From an uncultured Burkholderiaceae bacterium (GTDB lineage: Bacteria; Pseudomonadota; Gammaproteobacteria; Burkholderiales; Burkholderiaceae): a stretch of 57,924 bases of DNA. The stretch lies in assembly GCA_937862845.1 (NCBI GenBank), contig CALMCK010000059.1, positions 1-57,924 of the forward strand, in the 5' to 3' direction. A program made the position numbers and the translations under genes. Positions 11,607 to 21,887 of the stretch are shown piece by piece (position 1 is the stretch's first letter; each line of letters begins with the position of its first letter). The notes beneath the pieces were generated by a model. It was not told the DNA's origin. It did not search any database and was given only the letters and a program-made list of their open reading frames with translations.

Positions 11607-11804
11607 GGGGGGTTCTTTTGATTGTTTCTGTGTGCTTTAATGGCGCTCATTGTCACCGTGGGTGCGCCAGAAGCCAGTGCTTTGGCCGCTGCGCACCAAG
11701 CTCTGAAAACTTGCCGCTCACATGCGGTTGGTGTGCTGCGCCAAAAATTGGCTTTCGAAACACGCTATGCTGCACCACAGCGTGGACATTTTTTATCAAG
11801 GTTT

Positions 11805-11826
11805 GGGTGGGCCATGCCCACCCTAT
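11805..11826 (-). repeat. REP-like palindrome in the glgC-glgA spacer
   Basis: ATAGGGTGGGC-ATG-GCCCACCC on the minus strand. Confidence 0.45.
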
Positions 11827-11838
11827 ATTTTGCTCGAA

Positions 11839-13107
11839 TCACAACTTCAGTGCGTCAATCATCGGCTGCGTGATGAGACAAATCCCTTTTTCAGAACGGC
11901 GAAAACGTTGGGCATCCAAAATCGGGTCTTCACCGACAACAAGTCCTTCTGGGATGATCACACTGCGATCGACCACGACATTGGTCAGGCGCGCGCTGCG
12001 GCCAATGCTGACGTAAGGCAAAATCACGCCGCCGTCGATGCTGCTGTATGAGTTGGCATGAACGCCTGTGAACAGCAATGATTTTTTGATGCTCGAGCCC
12101 GAGACGATACAGCCGCCAGAAACCAGTGAGCTGACCGCGCTGCCACGACGACCGTCTTCGTCATGGATGAATTTCGCGGGGGGCGTGAGTTCGGAGTGCG
12201 TCCAAATCGGCCAATCATGGTCATACAGATCAAGGGCAGGCACGATGTCTGTGAGGTCAATATTCGCGTCCCAATAAGCATCGAGCGTGCCAACATCGCG
12301 CCAGTAGTGTTCTGATTCTTGGTCGGAGCGCACGCATGAGTCAGAAAATCGGTGGGCGACCGCTTTGCCGTGTTTGACCACGTAGGGCACGATGTCTTTG
12401 CCAAAGTCATGTTCTGAATTGGGGTCTGCGGCATCTCTGCGCAACAAGTCAAACAAAAAGTCGGTGTTGAACACATAAATCCCCATCGAGGCCAACGCGA
12501 TGTCAGGCGAACCGGGCACACACGGTGGGTCGGCAGGTTTTTCGACAAAGTCAACAATCGTGTCGTGCTCATCGACGTGCATGACACCGAAACCTGTCGC
12601 CTCCATGCGCGGCACTTCAAGACAACCGAGCGTGATGTCTGCGCCCGTATCGACGTGTTGGCGCAGCATGATTTCATAATCCATTTTATAAATGTGATCG
12701 CCCGCGAGCACGACAATGTACTTCGGTTTGTAGCCGTCGATAATCTCAATGTTTTGGTACACAGCATCCGCCGTGCCTTTGTACCACGAGTCTTCAGAAA
12801 TCATTTGGCTGGCGGGCAAAATATCAAAGCTCTCATTGCGGTCCGAGCGGAAAAAGTTCCAGCCGCGCGTCAAATGGCGAATCAAGCTGTGCGCTTTATA
12901 CTGTGTGGAGACACCGATGCGGCGAATGCCTGAGTTGAGCGCATTGGACAATGCGAAATCGATGATGCGGGTTTTACCACCAAAATACACGGCGGGCTTG
13001 GCGCGTCGGTTGGTCATCTCGAGCAGGCGAGAGCCGCGTCCGCCGGCCAAGACATAAGCCATCGCATCTTTGGCGAGGCGTTGGTTGTTGTTATTGTTGG
13101 TACTCAT
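11839..13107 (-). CDS. glgC: Glucose-1-phosphate adenylyltransferase
   Basis: [52 protein letters not shown]. Confidence 0.98.
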   Translation of the reverse strand: MSTNNNNNQRLAKDAMAYVLAGGRGSRLLEMTNRRAKPAVYFGGKTRIIDFALSNALNSGIRRIGVSTQYKAHSLIRHLTRGWNFFRSDRNESFDILPASQMISEDSWYKGTADAVYQNIEIIDGYKPKYIVVLAGDHIYKMDYEIMLRQHVDTGADITLGCLEVPRMEATGFGVMHVDEHDTIVDFVEKPADPPCVPGSPDIALASMGIYVFNTDFLFDLLRRDAADPNSEHDFGKDIVPYVVKHGKAVAHRFSDSCVRSDQESEHYWRDVGTLDAYWDANIDLTDIVPALDLYDHDWPIWTHSELTPPAKFIHDEDGRRGSAVSSLVSGGCIVSGSSIKKSLLFTGVHANSYSSIDGGVILPYVSIGRSARLTNVVVDRSVIIPEGLVVGEDPILDAQRFRRSEKGICLITQPMIDALKL

Positions 13108-13184
13108 TTTTGTCTCCAGTGTTTTTTGTTTTTGATGGAAAGTTGGCAGTATTGATGACGCAGAAAAATTGACGCTACATGTGG

Positions 13185-15413
13185 CTAAACCCTTTGCAAC
13201 ATCAGCGTCGCCAACGGCGGCAAGGTCAGCACAACATACGCATCGCCGTAGCCATCGTCAAACGCTTCGACCTCGCCCATGTTGCCGACATTGCTGCCGC
13301 CGTAGCAGGCGGCATCGGTGTTGATTATTTCGCGCCACATGCCCACATGCGGTACAGGCACGCGATAGTGTGAACGCGTGACGGGGGTTAAGTTCGCAAT
13401 CACGGCGACGGGCTTATCGTCCTCGCCACGGCGCAACCACGCAAACACCGACTGTTCGCTGTCGTCCACAATCAACCACTCAAAGCCAGCGCCATCGCAG
13501 TCTCTTTGATGCAAAGCGGGCACTGATTGGTGGGCATGATTGAGATCGCGCACGAGGTTTTGCACGCCTTGATGGGTGTCATAATCGAGCAGATGCCAGT
13601 CCAGTCCTTTGTCCTCATTCCACTCGGCGCGCTGAGCGAATTCTTGACCCATGAACAATAATTTTTTACCCGGATAGCCCCACATGAAGGCATAGTACGC
13701 CCGCAGGTTGGCGAATTTTTGCCACTCGTCACCGCTCATTTTTTCTAAAATCGTGCCTTTGCCGTGCACCACTTCATCGTGCGACAAGGGCAACACAAAG
13801 TTTTCTGAAAATGCATACAGCAGACCAAAGGTCAAATCATTGTGGTGGAATTTTCTGTGCACAGGCTCTTGTGTAAAGTAGTCAAGCGTGTCGTGCATAA
13901 AGCCCATGTTCCATTTAAAGCCAAAGCCCAATCCGCCGCTGTAAACAGGATGCGAGACACCAGGGAAAGAGGTGGACTCCTCCGCGATGGTCACCGCACC
14001 GCTGTGGCGTTGGTAAATTTCTGTGTTGACCCGACGCAAGAACTCAATCGATTCAAGGTTTTCTCGACCGCCGTCTTTGTTGGGAATCCACTCATCGGCT
14101 TTGCGTGAGTAGTCCAGATACAGCATCGAGGCCACAGCATCGACACGCAAACCATCGAGGTGATAACGCTCCAACCAAAATAAAGCGTTGTTGACCAAAA
14201 ATGATTGAACCTCATTGCGACCGAGGTTGTAAATCGCGGTGTTCCAATCAGGGTGATAACCCTGACGTTTGTCGGCATGCTCATACAGTGCCGTGCCGTC
14301 GAAATTCGCCAAACCATGCGCATCGGTGGGGAAATGCGCGGGCACCCAATCGAGTATCACACCGATGCCTGCCTGATGCGCCACATCGACAAACCGCGCG
14401 AAACCATCGGGGTCACCAAAGCGCGCCGTCGGCGCGAACAAACCCGTCGGCTGATAACCCCACGATGCATCGAGTGGGTGCTCTGTGATCGGCAGCACCT
14501 CAATGTGGGTGAAACCGAGCGTCTGCACATACGGAATCAAACGCGCCGCCAGCTCATCATACGAAATAAATTGACCCGCGTCATCGCGCTGCCACGAACC
14601 CAAGTGCACTTCATAAATCGACATCGGCTTCGCCCGAGCATCGCCATCACTGCGCTGCGCCATGTAAGCGTCATCGTGCCAAATAAAATGCGTGGTGTCC
14701 GTGACTTTAGAGGCATTTGATGGGCGGTTTTCTGCTGCTTGCGCCATCGGATCTGCTTTAAGCGGCAACGGCACGCCTTCAGCAGAGATGATTTCGTATT
14801 TATAAGCAATGCCAACGGGCAAATCAGGCACAAATATCTCCCAGATACCACTCGAGCGTTTGCGCATCACATGGCGACGACCATCCCAATAGTTAAAATC
14901 GCCGACCACCGACACACGCAAAGCATTGGGCGCCCACACCGAAAAATGCACACCCGACACACCCGCGTGCATCTGCGGATGCGCACCGAGCTTGTCATAC
15001 AGCGCCATGTGCTCACCCGCCGCCGTGAGGTAGTCATCGACAGGGCCGAGCACAGGACCAAAACTATACGCATCCACCCAACGCCATGTGTGCGCGCCAT
15101 CCCACGTACTCGCCTCAAAAATCAAAGGCTGGTGCGCCACCACAGGAATCGCGGCAACAAAAAAGCCCGCGTCATGCACGCGAGCCAGCCTCGAAACAAA
15201 ATTGCCTTGCAAGTCATAAACAGACATGCTGGTGACGCCAGATTCTGCAGGCATAAAAGCGCGCACCACCCAATCGCCATACGGCGTTTGGTGCAAACCC
15301 AACACCGCAAAAACATTGCTGTGTCGCCCCGCGATAATAGCATCCATCTCGGCAACGGGAATCGTCGCGGCGAGAACCGCATTCTCACTGGGCATCGTGA
15401 GTGTATTGTCCAT
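13185..15413 (-). CDS. glgB: 1,4-alpha-glucan branching enzyme
   Basis: [58 protein letters not shown]. Confidence 0.98.
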   Translation of the reverse strand: MDNTLTMPSENAVLAATIPVAEMDAIIAGRHSNVFAVLGLHQTPYGDWVVRAFMPAESGVTSMSVYDLQGNFVSRLARVHDAGFFVAAIPVVAHQPLIFEASTWDGAHTWRWVDAYSFGPVLGPVDDYLTAAGEHMALYDKLGAHPQMHAGVSGVHFSVWAPNALRVSVVGDFNYWDGRRHVMRKRSSGIWEIFVPDLPVGIAYKYEIISAEGVPLPLKADPMAQAAENRPSNASKVTDTTHFIWHDDAYMAQRSDGDARAKPMSIYEVHLGSWQRDDAGQFISYDELAARLIPYVQTLGFTHIEVLPITEHPLDASWGYQPTGLFAPTARFGDPDGFARFVDVAHQAGIGVILDWVPAHFPTDAHGLANFDGTALYEHADKRQGYHPDWNTAIYNLGRNEVQSFLVNNALFWLERYHLDGLRVDAVASMLYLDYSRKADEWIPNKDGGRENLESIEFLRRVNTEIYQRHSGAVTIAEESTSFPGVSHPVYSGGLGFGFKWNMGFMHDTLDYFTQEPVHRKFHHNDLTFGLLYAFSENFVLPLSHDEVVHGKGTILEKMSGDEWQKFANLRAYYAFMWGYPGKKLLFMGQEFAQRAEWNEDKGLDWHLLDYDTHQGVQNLVRDLNHAHQSVPALHQRDCDGAGFEWLIVDDSEQSVFAWLRRGEDDKPVAVIANLTPVTRSHYRVPVPHVGMWREIINTDAACYGGSNVGNMGEVEAFDDGYGDAYVVLTLPPLATLMLQRV

Positions 15414-15681
15414 GCCAACCTCTTCTCTGTTTCTAATTATAATGAAGTCATAGTACGCTCACAACAATCATACTGCAACCATAAGTTGCATGGAAGGGCT
15501 TGCTTATGGGCTTTGCCGTTTACCCACTCTATTGCGTGGCAAACCTCGTTCAATCTGCTAAACGTGCCATACGGCGCTTTTTATTTCGCTGAACGGGTGA
15601 AATATACAAAACAAAAAATCATCCACAATCCATTCGATCGATTTTTTAAACCATGGTTTTTAGGACGCTCTCAACCATGTT

Positions 15682-16521
15682 TTAATTCATAAATAATTTA
15701 CCCGCCATCAATACTGCTGCTAAAACGGCCACCACCGAGAAACCACGCGAGAGAACGCGACCAGATATTTTTTTATTGACCACATTACCGATGAGCATAC
15801 CGACCATTGCACCGCCCGAAAATGGCAAACCGATATTCCATTCCAAAGTGCCGTGACTCGCTGAAATGGCCACACCCGCAGCAGACACCAGCGTAATGAC
15901 GGTGAGTGAAGTGGCGACGATAGAGCGCATGTCCAAGCGGGTGTTTTTAACCAGTGAGGGCACTATCACGAAGCCACCGCCGACACCGATTAAACCAGAT
16001 AAAAATCCAGCAATCGCACCCGTTAAACCAATCGCACGCACACAAGGAAAAGTCCAAATGAACTTGCCTGTGCTGACATTGCGCTCACAAGAGAATGTTT
16101 GCGAGTTCGCAGCACCATCAGCATCAGCATCAATATGAGTAACCTTAACCGCCGGGCTTGAGTTGCGCCACATTCTGACCGCGACCCAAATCAACACCAA
16201 CGTAAAGACAATCACCAGCGGCGGGTTGGGTGTTCTTTGCGCCACCCAAAATCCAATTGGCGAGAAACACACGCCCACACCCGCCATAAGCAGCGCGGCT
16301 TTATAACGCACGATGCCCTCGCGCAATCCCAATATGACCGCCACCAATGCGCCCAATGTGATCGCTAAAAGACCAATAGGCCCTGCTTGATTGACGTTGA
16401 GATGTAAAAATATAGTCAACATCGGCACAGACAATATCGCGCCGCCTGCGCCAGTTGCCCCCAGCACGATGCCCATAATCAACCCAAGGGTGACGATCTC
16501 AATCAATAAAGTTGTTAACAT
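15682..16521 (-). CDS. Sulfite exporter TauE/SafE family protein
   Basis: Duplicated GAGGAILSVP / GVGGGFVIVP TM repeats; directly downstream of sqr. Confidence 0.9.
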   Translation of the reverse strand: MLTTLLIEIVTLGLIMGIVLGATGAGGAILSVPMLTIFLHLNVNQAGPIGLLAITLGALVAVILGLREGIVRYKAALLMAGVGVCFSPIGFWVAQRTPNPPLVIVFTLVLIWVAVRMWRNSSPAVKVTHIDADADGAANSQTFSCERNVSTGKFIWTFPCVRAIGLTGAIAGFLSGLIGVGGGFVIVPSLVKNTRLDMRSIVATSLTVITLVSAAGVAISASHGTLEWNIGLPFSGGAMVGMLIGNVVNKKISGRVLSRGFSVVAVLAAVLMAGKLFMN

Positions 16522-16573
16522 AAGCGCCTATCAATAATTAAATGTGGTGATCGATTTAGATTTTGTTTGCCGT

Positions 16574-18151
16574 TTAATTTTGCACGGGTTTGGCCAACCA
16601 CTCGCGTCCTTTGAGCATGCCATTCCAGTAGAACCAAGGCAAAATTGTTTTCTTTAAATGCCACGCCATTTTTCTTGGTTTAGCCGGGTCTAACGGAAAG
16701 GTTGGCAAAAGCTTGCCGCCAAAACCAAATTCCGCAAGGACGATTTTGCCTCGTTCAACCGTCAATGGACATGAGCCATAGCCGTCATAAAGCATTGTCA
16801 TGGGTTTATTGTTCATTAGTGAAATCAAGTTTTCTGCCACCGCCACCACTTGTTTGCGTGTCGCCGCGGCGGTCTTGGCGTTCGGGCTTGAGCAGGCATC
16901 ACCAAGCCCAAAAATATTTTTAAATCGCGTGTGCTGCAACGTGTATTGATCGACATCCACCCAACCATCTGCATTGCCAAGCTCGCTTTTCTTTAGAAAA
17001 TCAGGTGCTGATTGTGGCGGCACCACATGCAACATATCAAAGCTGCGCGAGACTTGTACGGTATCACCATTGCTGTCTTTCACATCAAACCACGCTGTTT
17101 TATTTGGCCCATCTACCTTGACCAAATTGGCTGTAAAGTTGAGTGTGATATCGTATTTTTTGACATACGCCATCAATGGTGGAACGAAGGTTTCCACACC
17201 AAATAAGACCGCGCCGGCATTGAAAAAATCCACATTGACGCTGTTCAAAGTGCCTTGTTTCAACCACTCTGAGCAGGCCAAATACATCGCTTTTTGCGGT
17301 GCACCCGCACATTTAATCGGCATCGGCGGCTGGGTGAAAATGGCATTGCCAGATTTCAAACCTTGAACCAAAGTCCAAGTATAGGGCGCCAAGTCAAAAC
17401 GATAGTTCGATGTGACACCATTTTTCCCGAGTGTTTCAGTCAAACCTTCAATCGCATCCCAGTTGATCTGTAAGCCCGGCGCAACAGCTAAATACTCATA
17501 GTCCACTGACGCACCGTTTGACAAAACCACTTGATTTGCATCTGGCTTAAATTCAGTGACGGCCGCTTTAATCCATTTCACCTGCCGTGGCATCACCGAC
17601 GCCATGCTGCGCACCGAATCAGCAACATCAAACGCACCGCCACCGACCAGCGTCCACGCGGGTTGATAGTAATGTTGCTCTGACGGCTCAATAATCGTGA
17701 TGATTAAATTTGATTGGCGCTTGAGCAAACTCGATGCCAATGATATTCCTGCAGCACCCCCGCCCACGATGACAATGCCATGTTTGCTAACCTGCGCTGC
17801 GGGCGTGTTTAAATGCGCTTTGCTTTTTTGCCACAGGTCAGTAGAACGCGCACCCGACCGACAAAAAGCCAAAACAGGTGTTGGCGCTGCGGCTAAAATC
17901 TGTGCCATTTTTTGCGTTTGCTCATCAGTGAGTTGCCCGCTCACAACCGGCAAATAATAATATTGAATGCCTACCTGAGCGGCAGCATCGGACAACATTT
18001 CTGATGATGGTTGCTCCGCTCCGCCTTCACCGTCAGGGCGATTGTTGATGATGGTTTTAATGCCAGACGCTGCTAATTCTTCAAAATCATCTGTGCTCAA
18101 TTGCGGCGCCGTTAAAAAATCTTGGGTGTGTTGGGTCGTGGTGCATGTCAT
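16574..18151 (-). CDS. sqr: DUF442 (TIGR01244) sulfurtransferase fused to type II sulfide:quinone oxidoreductase
   Basis: N-domain IINNRPDGE...FCRSGARS; FAD motif IVGGGAAG; SQR cysteines in KCAGAPQK and YDGYGSCPL. Start taken at ATG 18151 (GGAG upstream). Confidence 0.92.
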   Translation of the reverse strand: MTCTTTQHTQDFLTAPQLSTDDFEELAASGIKTIINNRPDGEGGAEQPSSEMLSDAAAQVGIQYYYLPVVSGQLTDEQTQKMAQILAAAPTPVLAFCRSGARSTDLWQKSKAHLNTPAAQVSKHGIVIVGGGAAGISLASSLLKRQSNLIITIIEPSEQHYYQPAWTLVGGGAFDVADSVRSMASVMPRQVKWIKAAVTEFKPDANQVVLSNGASVDYEYLAVAPGLQINWDAIEGLTETLGKNGVTSNYRFDLAPYTWTLVQGLKSGNAIFTQPPMPIKCAGAPQKAMYLACSEWLKQGTLNSVNVDFFNAGAVLFGVETFVPPLMAYVKKYDITLNFTANLVKVDGPNKTAWFDVKDSNGDTVQVSRSFDMLHVVPPQSAPDFLKKSELGNADGWVDVDQYTLQHTRFKNIFGLGDACSSPNAKTAAATRKQVVAVAENLISLMNNKPMTMLYDGYGSCPLTVERGKIVLAEFGFGGKLLPTFPLDPAKPRKMAWHLKKTILPWFYWNGMLKGREWLAKPVQN

Positions 18152-18216
18152 TTTTGTCTCCATTATTTTATTTGTATAAGCGTCAGTGATATAAAACAAT
18201 GCTTAATTGATTTAAA

Positions 18217-18244
18217 TTATATGCTAATATAAAATAATATATAA
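18217..18244. promoter_or_regulatory. AT-rich divergent promoter region with a candidate operator
   Basis: TTATAT-GCTA-ATATAA inverted repeat and a further ATATAA, between the divergent sqr and pdo genes. Confidence 0.35.
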
Positions 18245-18266
18245 GATATTTTTTAAGGAGTTTTCT

Positions 18267-19127
18267 ATGACACCCATCATTCAATCTTTTTTTGATCCCG
18301 CAACTTGGACCATCAGCCATGTGCTTCATTCAGGCGTGGGCAGCGCCTGTATGATTGTTGATTCGGTTTTAGACTACGACCATAATTCAGGGAGAACGAA
18401 AACCAAGTCCGCCGACGAACTGATCGATTTCATCCAAAAAAACCAGCTTAAACTCGAGTGGATCATCGAGACCCATGCACACGCGGACCATCTGTCTGCA
18501 GCGCCTTATCTTAAAAAGACACTGGGTGGCAAAATTGCCATTGGCGAGCACATCAAAACTGTTCAGGGTGTTTTTACAAAGGTATTTAACTTTGAACCAG
18601 AGTTTCAAATTGACGGTTCTCAATTCGACACACTGCTCAAGGACAATGATGTTATTACGATTGGCGATTTGACCGTCAACGTGTTGGCGGTGCCTGGTCA
18701 CACGCCTGCATGCATCGCGCTGCAAACCGGCAACCATGTGTTTGTGGGCGACACTTTGTTTTTACCAGACGTTGGCACGGCACGCTGCGACTTCCCAGGT
18801 GGTGATGCGGCGGCGCTTTATCAATCCGTGAAACGCATTCTGAGCCTACCGCCAGAAACCACACTGCACATGTGCCACGACTATCCGCCTGAATCACGCA
18901 CTTACCAAACTTCTGGCACGGTAGCAGAACAACGAGCAAACAACATCCATGTTCATGATGGCGTGTCCATGGAAGAGTTTATAAAGATGCGTTCAACTCG
19001 TGACGCGACACTGGCCATGCCCACACTTATTCTGCCAGCAGTACAAGTGAACGTTCGAGCGGGGCGACTGCCACCTGCGGAGGACAATGGCGTGCGATAC
19101 TTAAAAATTCCGCTTGATGTGCTTTAA
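18267..19127 (+). CDS. pdo: Persulfide dioxygenase (ETHE1/Blh-like MBL fold)
   Basis: DSVLDYD, ETHAHADHLSAA, PGHTPAC, FVGDTLF, GTARCDFPGG, CHDY, YLKIP; divergent from sqr. Confidence 0.92.
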   Translation: MTPIIQSFFDPATWTISHVLHSGVGSACMIVDSVLDYDHNSGRTKTKSADELIDFIQKNQLKLEWIIETHAHADHLSAAPYLKKTLGGKIAIGEHIKTVQGVFTKVFNFEPEFQIDGSQFDTLLKDNDVITIGDLTVNVLAVPGHTPACIALQTGNHVFVGDTLFLPDVGTARCDFPGGDAAALYQSVKRILSLPPETTLHMCHDYPPESRTYQTSGTVAEQRANNIHVHDGVSMEEFIKMRSTRDATLAMPTLILPAVQVNVRAGRLPPAEDNGVRYLKIPLDVL

Positions 19128-19199
19128 TCAAACCGTTATGGGTGCGACAATCGCTCTCGATAGGTATTTCGGTGGCGCAATGATTGACTTGTGTGCTCG

Positions 19200-19230
19200 A
19201 CAAAAAGTGGACCATTGGTCCACTTTTTGT
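19200..19230. terminator. Bidirectional terminator between pdo and glgP
   Basis: ACAAAAAGTGGACCA-T-TGGTCCACTTTTTGT perfect inverted repeat between convergent genes. Confidence 0.85.
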
Positions 19231-19273
19231 ATGTCATGCTTGCGTCGCTTTTGTTGGTCTGGCCGCTCGCCTA

Positions 19274-21775
19274 TTAAGTCGTCGGAATGTTCCAAATTTC
19301 TTCAGCATACTCACGAATCGTGCGATCGGAGGAGAACCAGCCCATGCGTGCGGTGTTGAGCACGGCTTGTTTTTGCCATGCGTTTTGGTCGTGCCAGAGC
19401 ACGTCCATTTCACGTTGTGCGTCCCAGTAAGCTTGGAAATCGGCGGCAACGAGGAAGTGGTCAGAGTTCCACATCATGTCAACAAGACCTGCGTAGCGGT
19501 TTTTGTCCGTCGGCGAGTACACGCCGCTGGCGATGCCGTTGAGCACTTCTTTGAGCATCGGAATGCCTTCAATGGTGGCGCGGGCGTCATAGCCTTTGAT
19601 GCGCAGTTCGTCCACTTCTTGTGCGGTCATGCCGAAGATTTTGATGTTGTCTGCGCCGACGTGCTCGAGCATTTCGACGTTTGCACCGTCGAGTGTGCCG
19701 ATGGTGAGTGCGCCGTTCAGGCCAAACTTCATGTTGCCTGTGCCTGACGCTTCAAGACCTGCGGTGGAGATTTGCTCGGATAAATTAGCAGCGGGCATGA
19801 TGACTTCGGCGGCGGAAACATTGTAGTTGGGGATGAACACCACTTTGAGCAGGTCACCCACAATCGGGTCGTTGTTGACCACATTGCCGACGTCGTTGAT
19901 CAGGTGAATGATGGACTTGGCTTGCCAGTAGCTGGCGGCGGCTTTGCCTGCGAAAATCTTGACGCGCGGTGCCCAGTTTTTGGTCGGGTTGGCGCGTATC
20001 GCGTTGTAGAGCGCGATGGTTTCGAGGATGTTGAGCAGCTGGCGTTTGTATTCGTGGATGCGTTTGACTTGGATGTCAAACATGGCGCTCGGGTCTACTT
20101 TAACGCCAACTCGCTCGTGTATCAAGTGTGCGAGGCGAGTTTTGTTTTCGAGCTTGACGGCGGCGAATTCTGTGCGAAATGCGACATCGTCGGCGAATGG
20201 TGTCAAGTCTTGCAATCTGGCCGTGTCGTCCATAAACGCTTCGCCGATGGTGGTGCGCAGCAGTGCGGTCAAGCCTGGGTTCGCTTGCATGAGCCAGCGG
20301 CGTGGCGTGACGCCATTGGTTTTGTTGGTGATGCGATCGGGGAACACTTCGTGCAGTTCTTTGAACACGGTTTTGGTCATGAGGTGCGAGTGCAGTGCCG
20401 CGACGCCGTTGACTTTATGTGCGCCGACGAATGAGAGGTTGCCCATGCGCACGCGGCGGCCGCTGTTCTCGTCAATGATGGAAACTTTTTCGAGCACTTC
20501 TTCTGAGTGCCCCGCAGCTTTCACGTCGGTGAGCAGGCGTGCGTTGATCGCATAAATAATCTGCATGTGTCGTGGCAACATGCGTTCCATGAGATTCACA
20601 GGCCATGTTTCAAGCGCTTCTGGCAGCAAGGTGTGGTTGGTGTAGGACAACACAGCTTGCGTCATTTTCCATGCCGCGTCCCAGTTCAGATTGTGTTGAT
20701 CGACCAACAAACGCATCAACTCAGCCACTGCCAATGCTGGGTGGGTGTCATTCATCTGCACCGCGACTTTGTCGGCGAGGTTGTCCAGCGTGCTAAATTG
20801 CTGGATGTGGCGGCGCAAAATATCTTGCAATGACGCTGCGGTGAAGAAGTACTCTTGGCGCAGGCGCAGTTCTTGCCCTGCTTCGCTGGAGTCGGCGGGA
20901 TAGAGCACGCGTGAAATACTGTTGGCTCGGTTGTTTTCTGACAATGCGCCCGCGTAATCACCGCTGTTAAACAAATCGAGTTTAATCGGGCTGGCTGAAC
21001 GCGCGTGCCACAGGCGCAGAGTGTTAACGTTTTCACCGCGCCAGCCGACCACTGGTGTGTCATAGGCCATCGCTTGCACGATTTCTTGCGGTTTCCAAAT
21101 CGAGGTGGTCGCGCCATCCCATTCTTTACTCACGTCCACCGAGCCACCAAAACCAATGTCATAAGCGGATTCGCGACGTGGGAATTCCCACGGATCGCCG
21201 AACTCGAGCCAGTTTTCTGGGTACTCGACTTGCGCACCGTTTTCGATGGCTTGGCGGAACAAACCGTTGTCGTAACGGATGCCGTAGCCATAAGCAGGCA
21301 CACCGACCGTCGCCATCGACTCCATAAAGCAGGCCGCCAAACGACCCAAACCGCCATTGCCCAATGCGGCATCTGGCTCTAATTCACGGATGAAATCGAT
21401 GTCGACATTCAACTCAGACAAGGCTTGCGTGATGCCGCTGGTCAGCTCTAAGTTGTTCATCGCATCGCGCAACAATCGGCCAATCAAAAATTCCAACGAT
21501 AGGTAATACACGCGCTTTTTTTCGGCGCGGTAGTTCTCACGCGTGCTCGCCATCCAGCGATCGACGATGTGGTCGCGCACGACCAAAATGGTTGCAGTCA
21601 ACCAATCATTGCTGTTCGCCACCACAGGGTCTTTGCCGACCGAGTACGCGAGCTTCGCGAGGATTTCTGTTTTCAGATGGGGGGTGTGGTTTTCTCGGCC
21701 GGTGGGCGTCAAGTCGGCCCATACTTTGTTTAAGTCCATTGCGGCGTCTGCGCCACTGTTGATTGTGTCGGTCAT
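19274..21775 (-). CDS. glgP: Glycogen phosphorylase
   Basis: YYLSLEFLIGR, LGNGGLGRLAACF, ELRLRQEYFF, NDTHP, KRIHEYKRQ, EASGTGNMK (PLP lysine). Confidence 0.98.
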   Translation of the reverse strand: MTDTINSGADAAMDLNKVWADLTPTGRENHTPHLKTEILAKLAYSVGKDPVVANSNDWLTATILVVRDHIVDRWMASTRENYRAEKKRVYYLSLEFLIGRLLRDAMNNLELTSGITQALSELNVDIDFIRELEPDAALGNGGLGRLAACFMESMATVGVPAYGYGIRYDNGLFRQAIENGAQVEYPENWLEFGDPWEFPRRESAYDIGFGGSVDVSKEWDGATTSIWKPQEIVQAMAYDTPVVGWRGENVNTLRLWHARSASPIKLDLFNSGDYAGALSENNRANSISRVLYPADSSEAGQELRLRQEYFFTAASLQDILRRHIQQFSTLDNLADKVAVQMNDTHPALAVAELMRLLVDQHNLNWDAAWKMTQAVLSYTNHTLLPEALETWPVNLMERMLPRHMQIIYAINARLLTDVKAAGHSEEVLEKVSIIDENSGRRVRMGNLSFVGAHKVNGVAALHSHLMTKTVFKELHEVFPDRITNKTNGVTPRRWLMQANPGLTALLRTTIGEAFMDDTARLQDLTPFADDVAFRTEFAAVKLENKTRLAHLIHERVGVKVDPSAMFDIQVKRIHEYKRQLLNILETIALYNAIRANPTKNWAPRVKIFAGKAAASYWQAKSIIHLINDVGNVVNNDPIVGDLLKVVFIPNYNVSAAEVIMPAANLSEQISTAGLEASGTGNMKFGLNGALTIGTLDGANVEMLEHVGADNIKIFGMTAQEVDELRIKGYDARATIEGIPMLKEVLNGIASGVYSPTDKNRYAGLVDMMWNSDHFLVAADFQAYWDAQREMDVLWHDQNAWQKQAVLNTARMGWFSSDRTIREYAEEIWNIPTT

Positions 21776-21887
21776 TTCTTGCCCTCTTTCATTTTTATTG
21801 ATTTCTGTTTGCGTTTATTGTCAAAACAGCGGTGCACTCGTATCGGTGCAACCTGCGCATTATAAATGCAGTGGCTGCGCCTGACAA

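Noticed and set aside
15655-15673. TTTTAGGACGCTCTCA as an IS terminal repeat at the edge of the sulfur cassette
   Set aside because: No matching inverted copy, target-site duplication or transposase fragment was found.
14739-15692. 317-aa plus-strand ORF and many similar antisense or alternate-frame ORFs in the track
   Set aside because: They shadow well-supported genes, carry no recognisable motifs, and are expected from codon bias at this GC content.
21833-21850. TGCAC-N8-GTGCA upstream of glgP as an NtrC site
   Set aside because: Spacing is one base longer than the 17-bp consensus and the inner positions do not fit.
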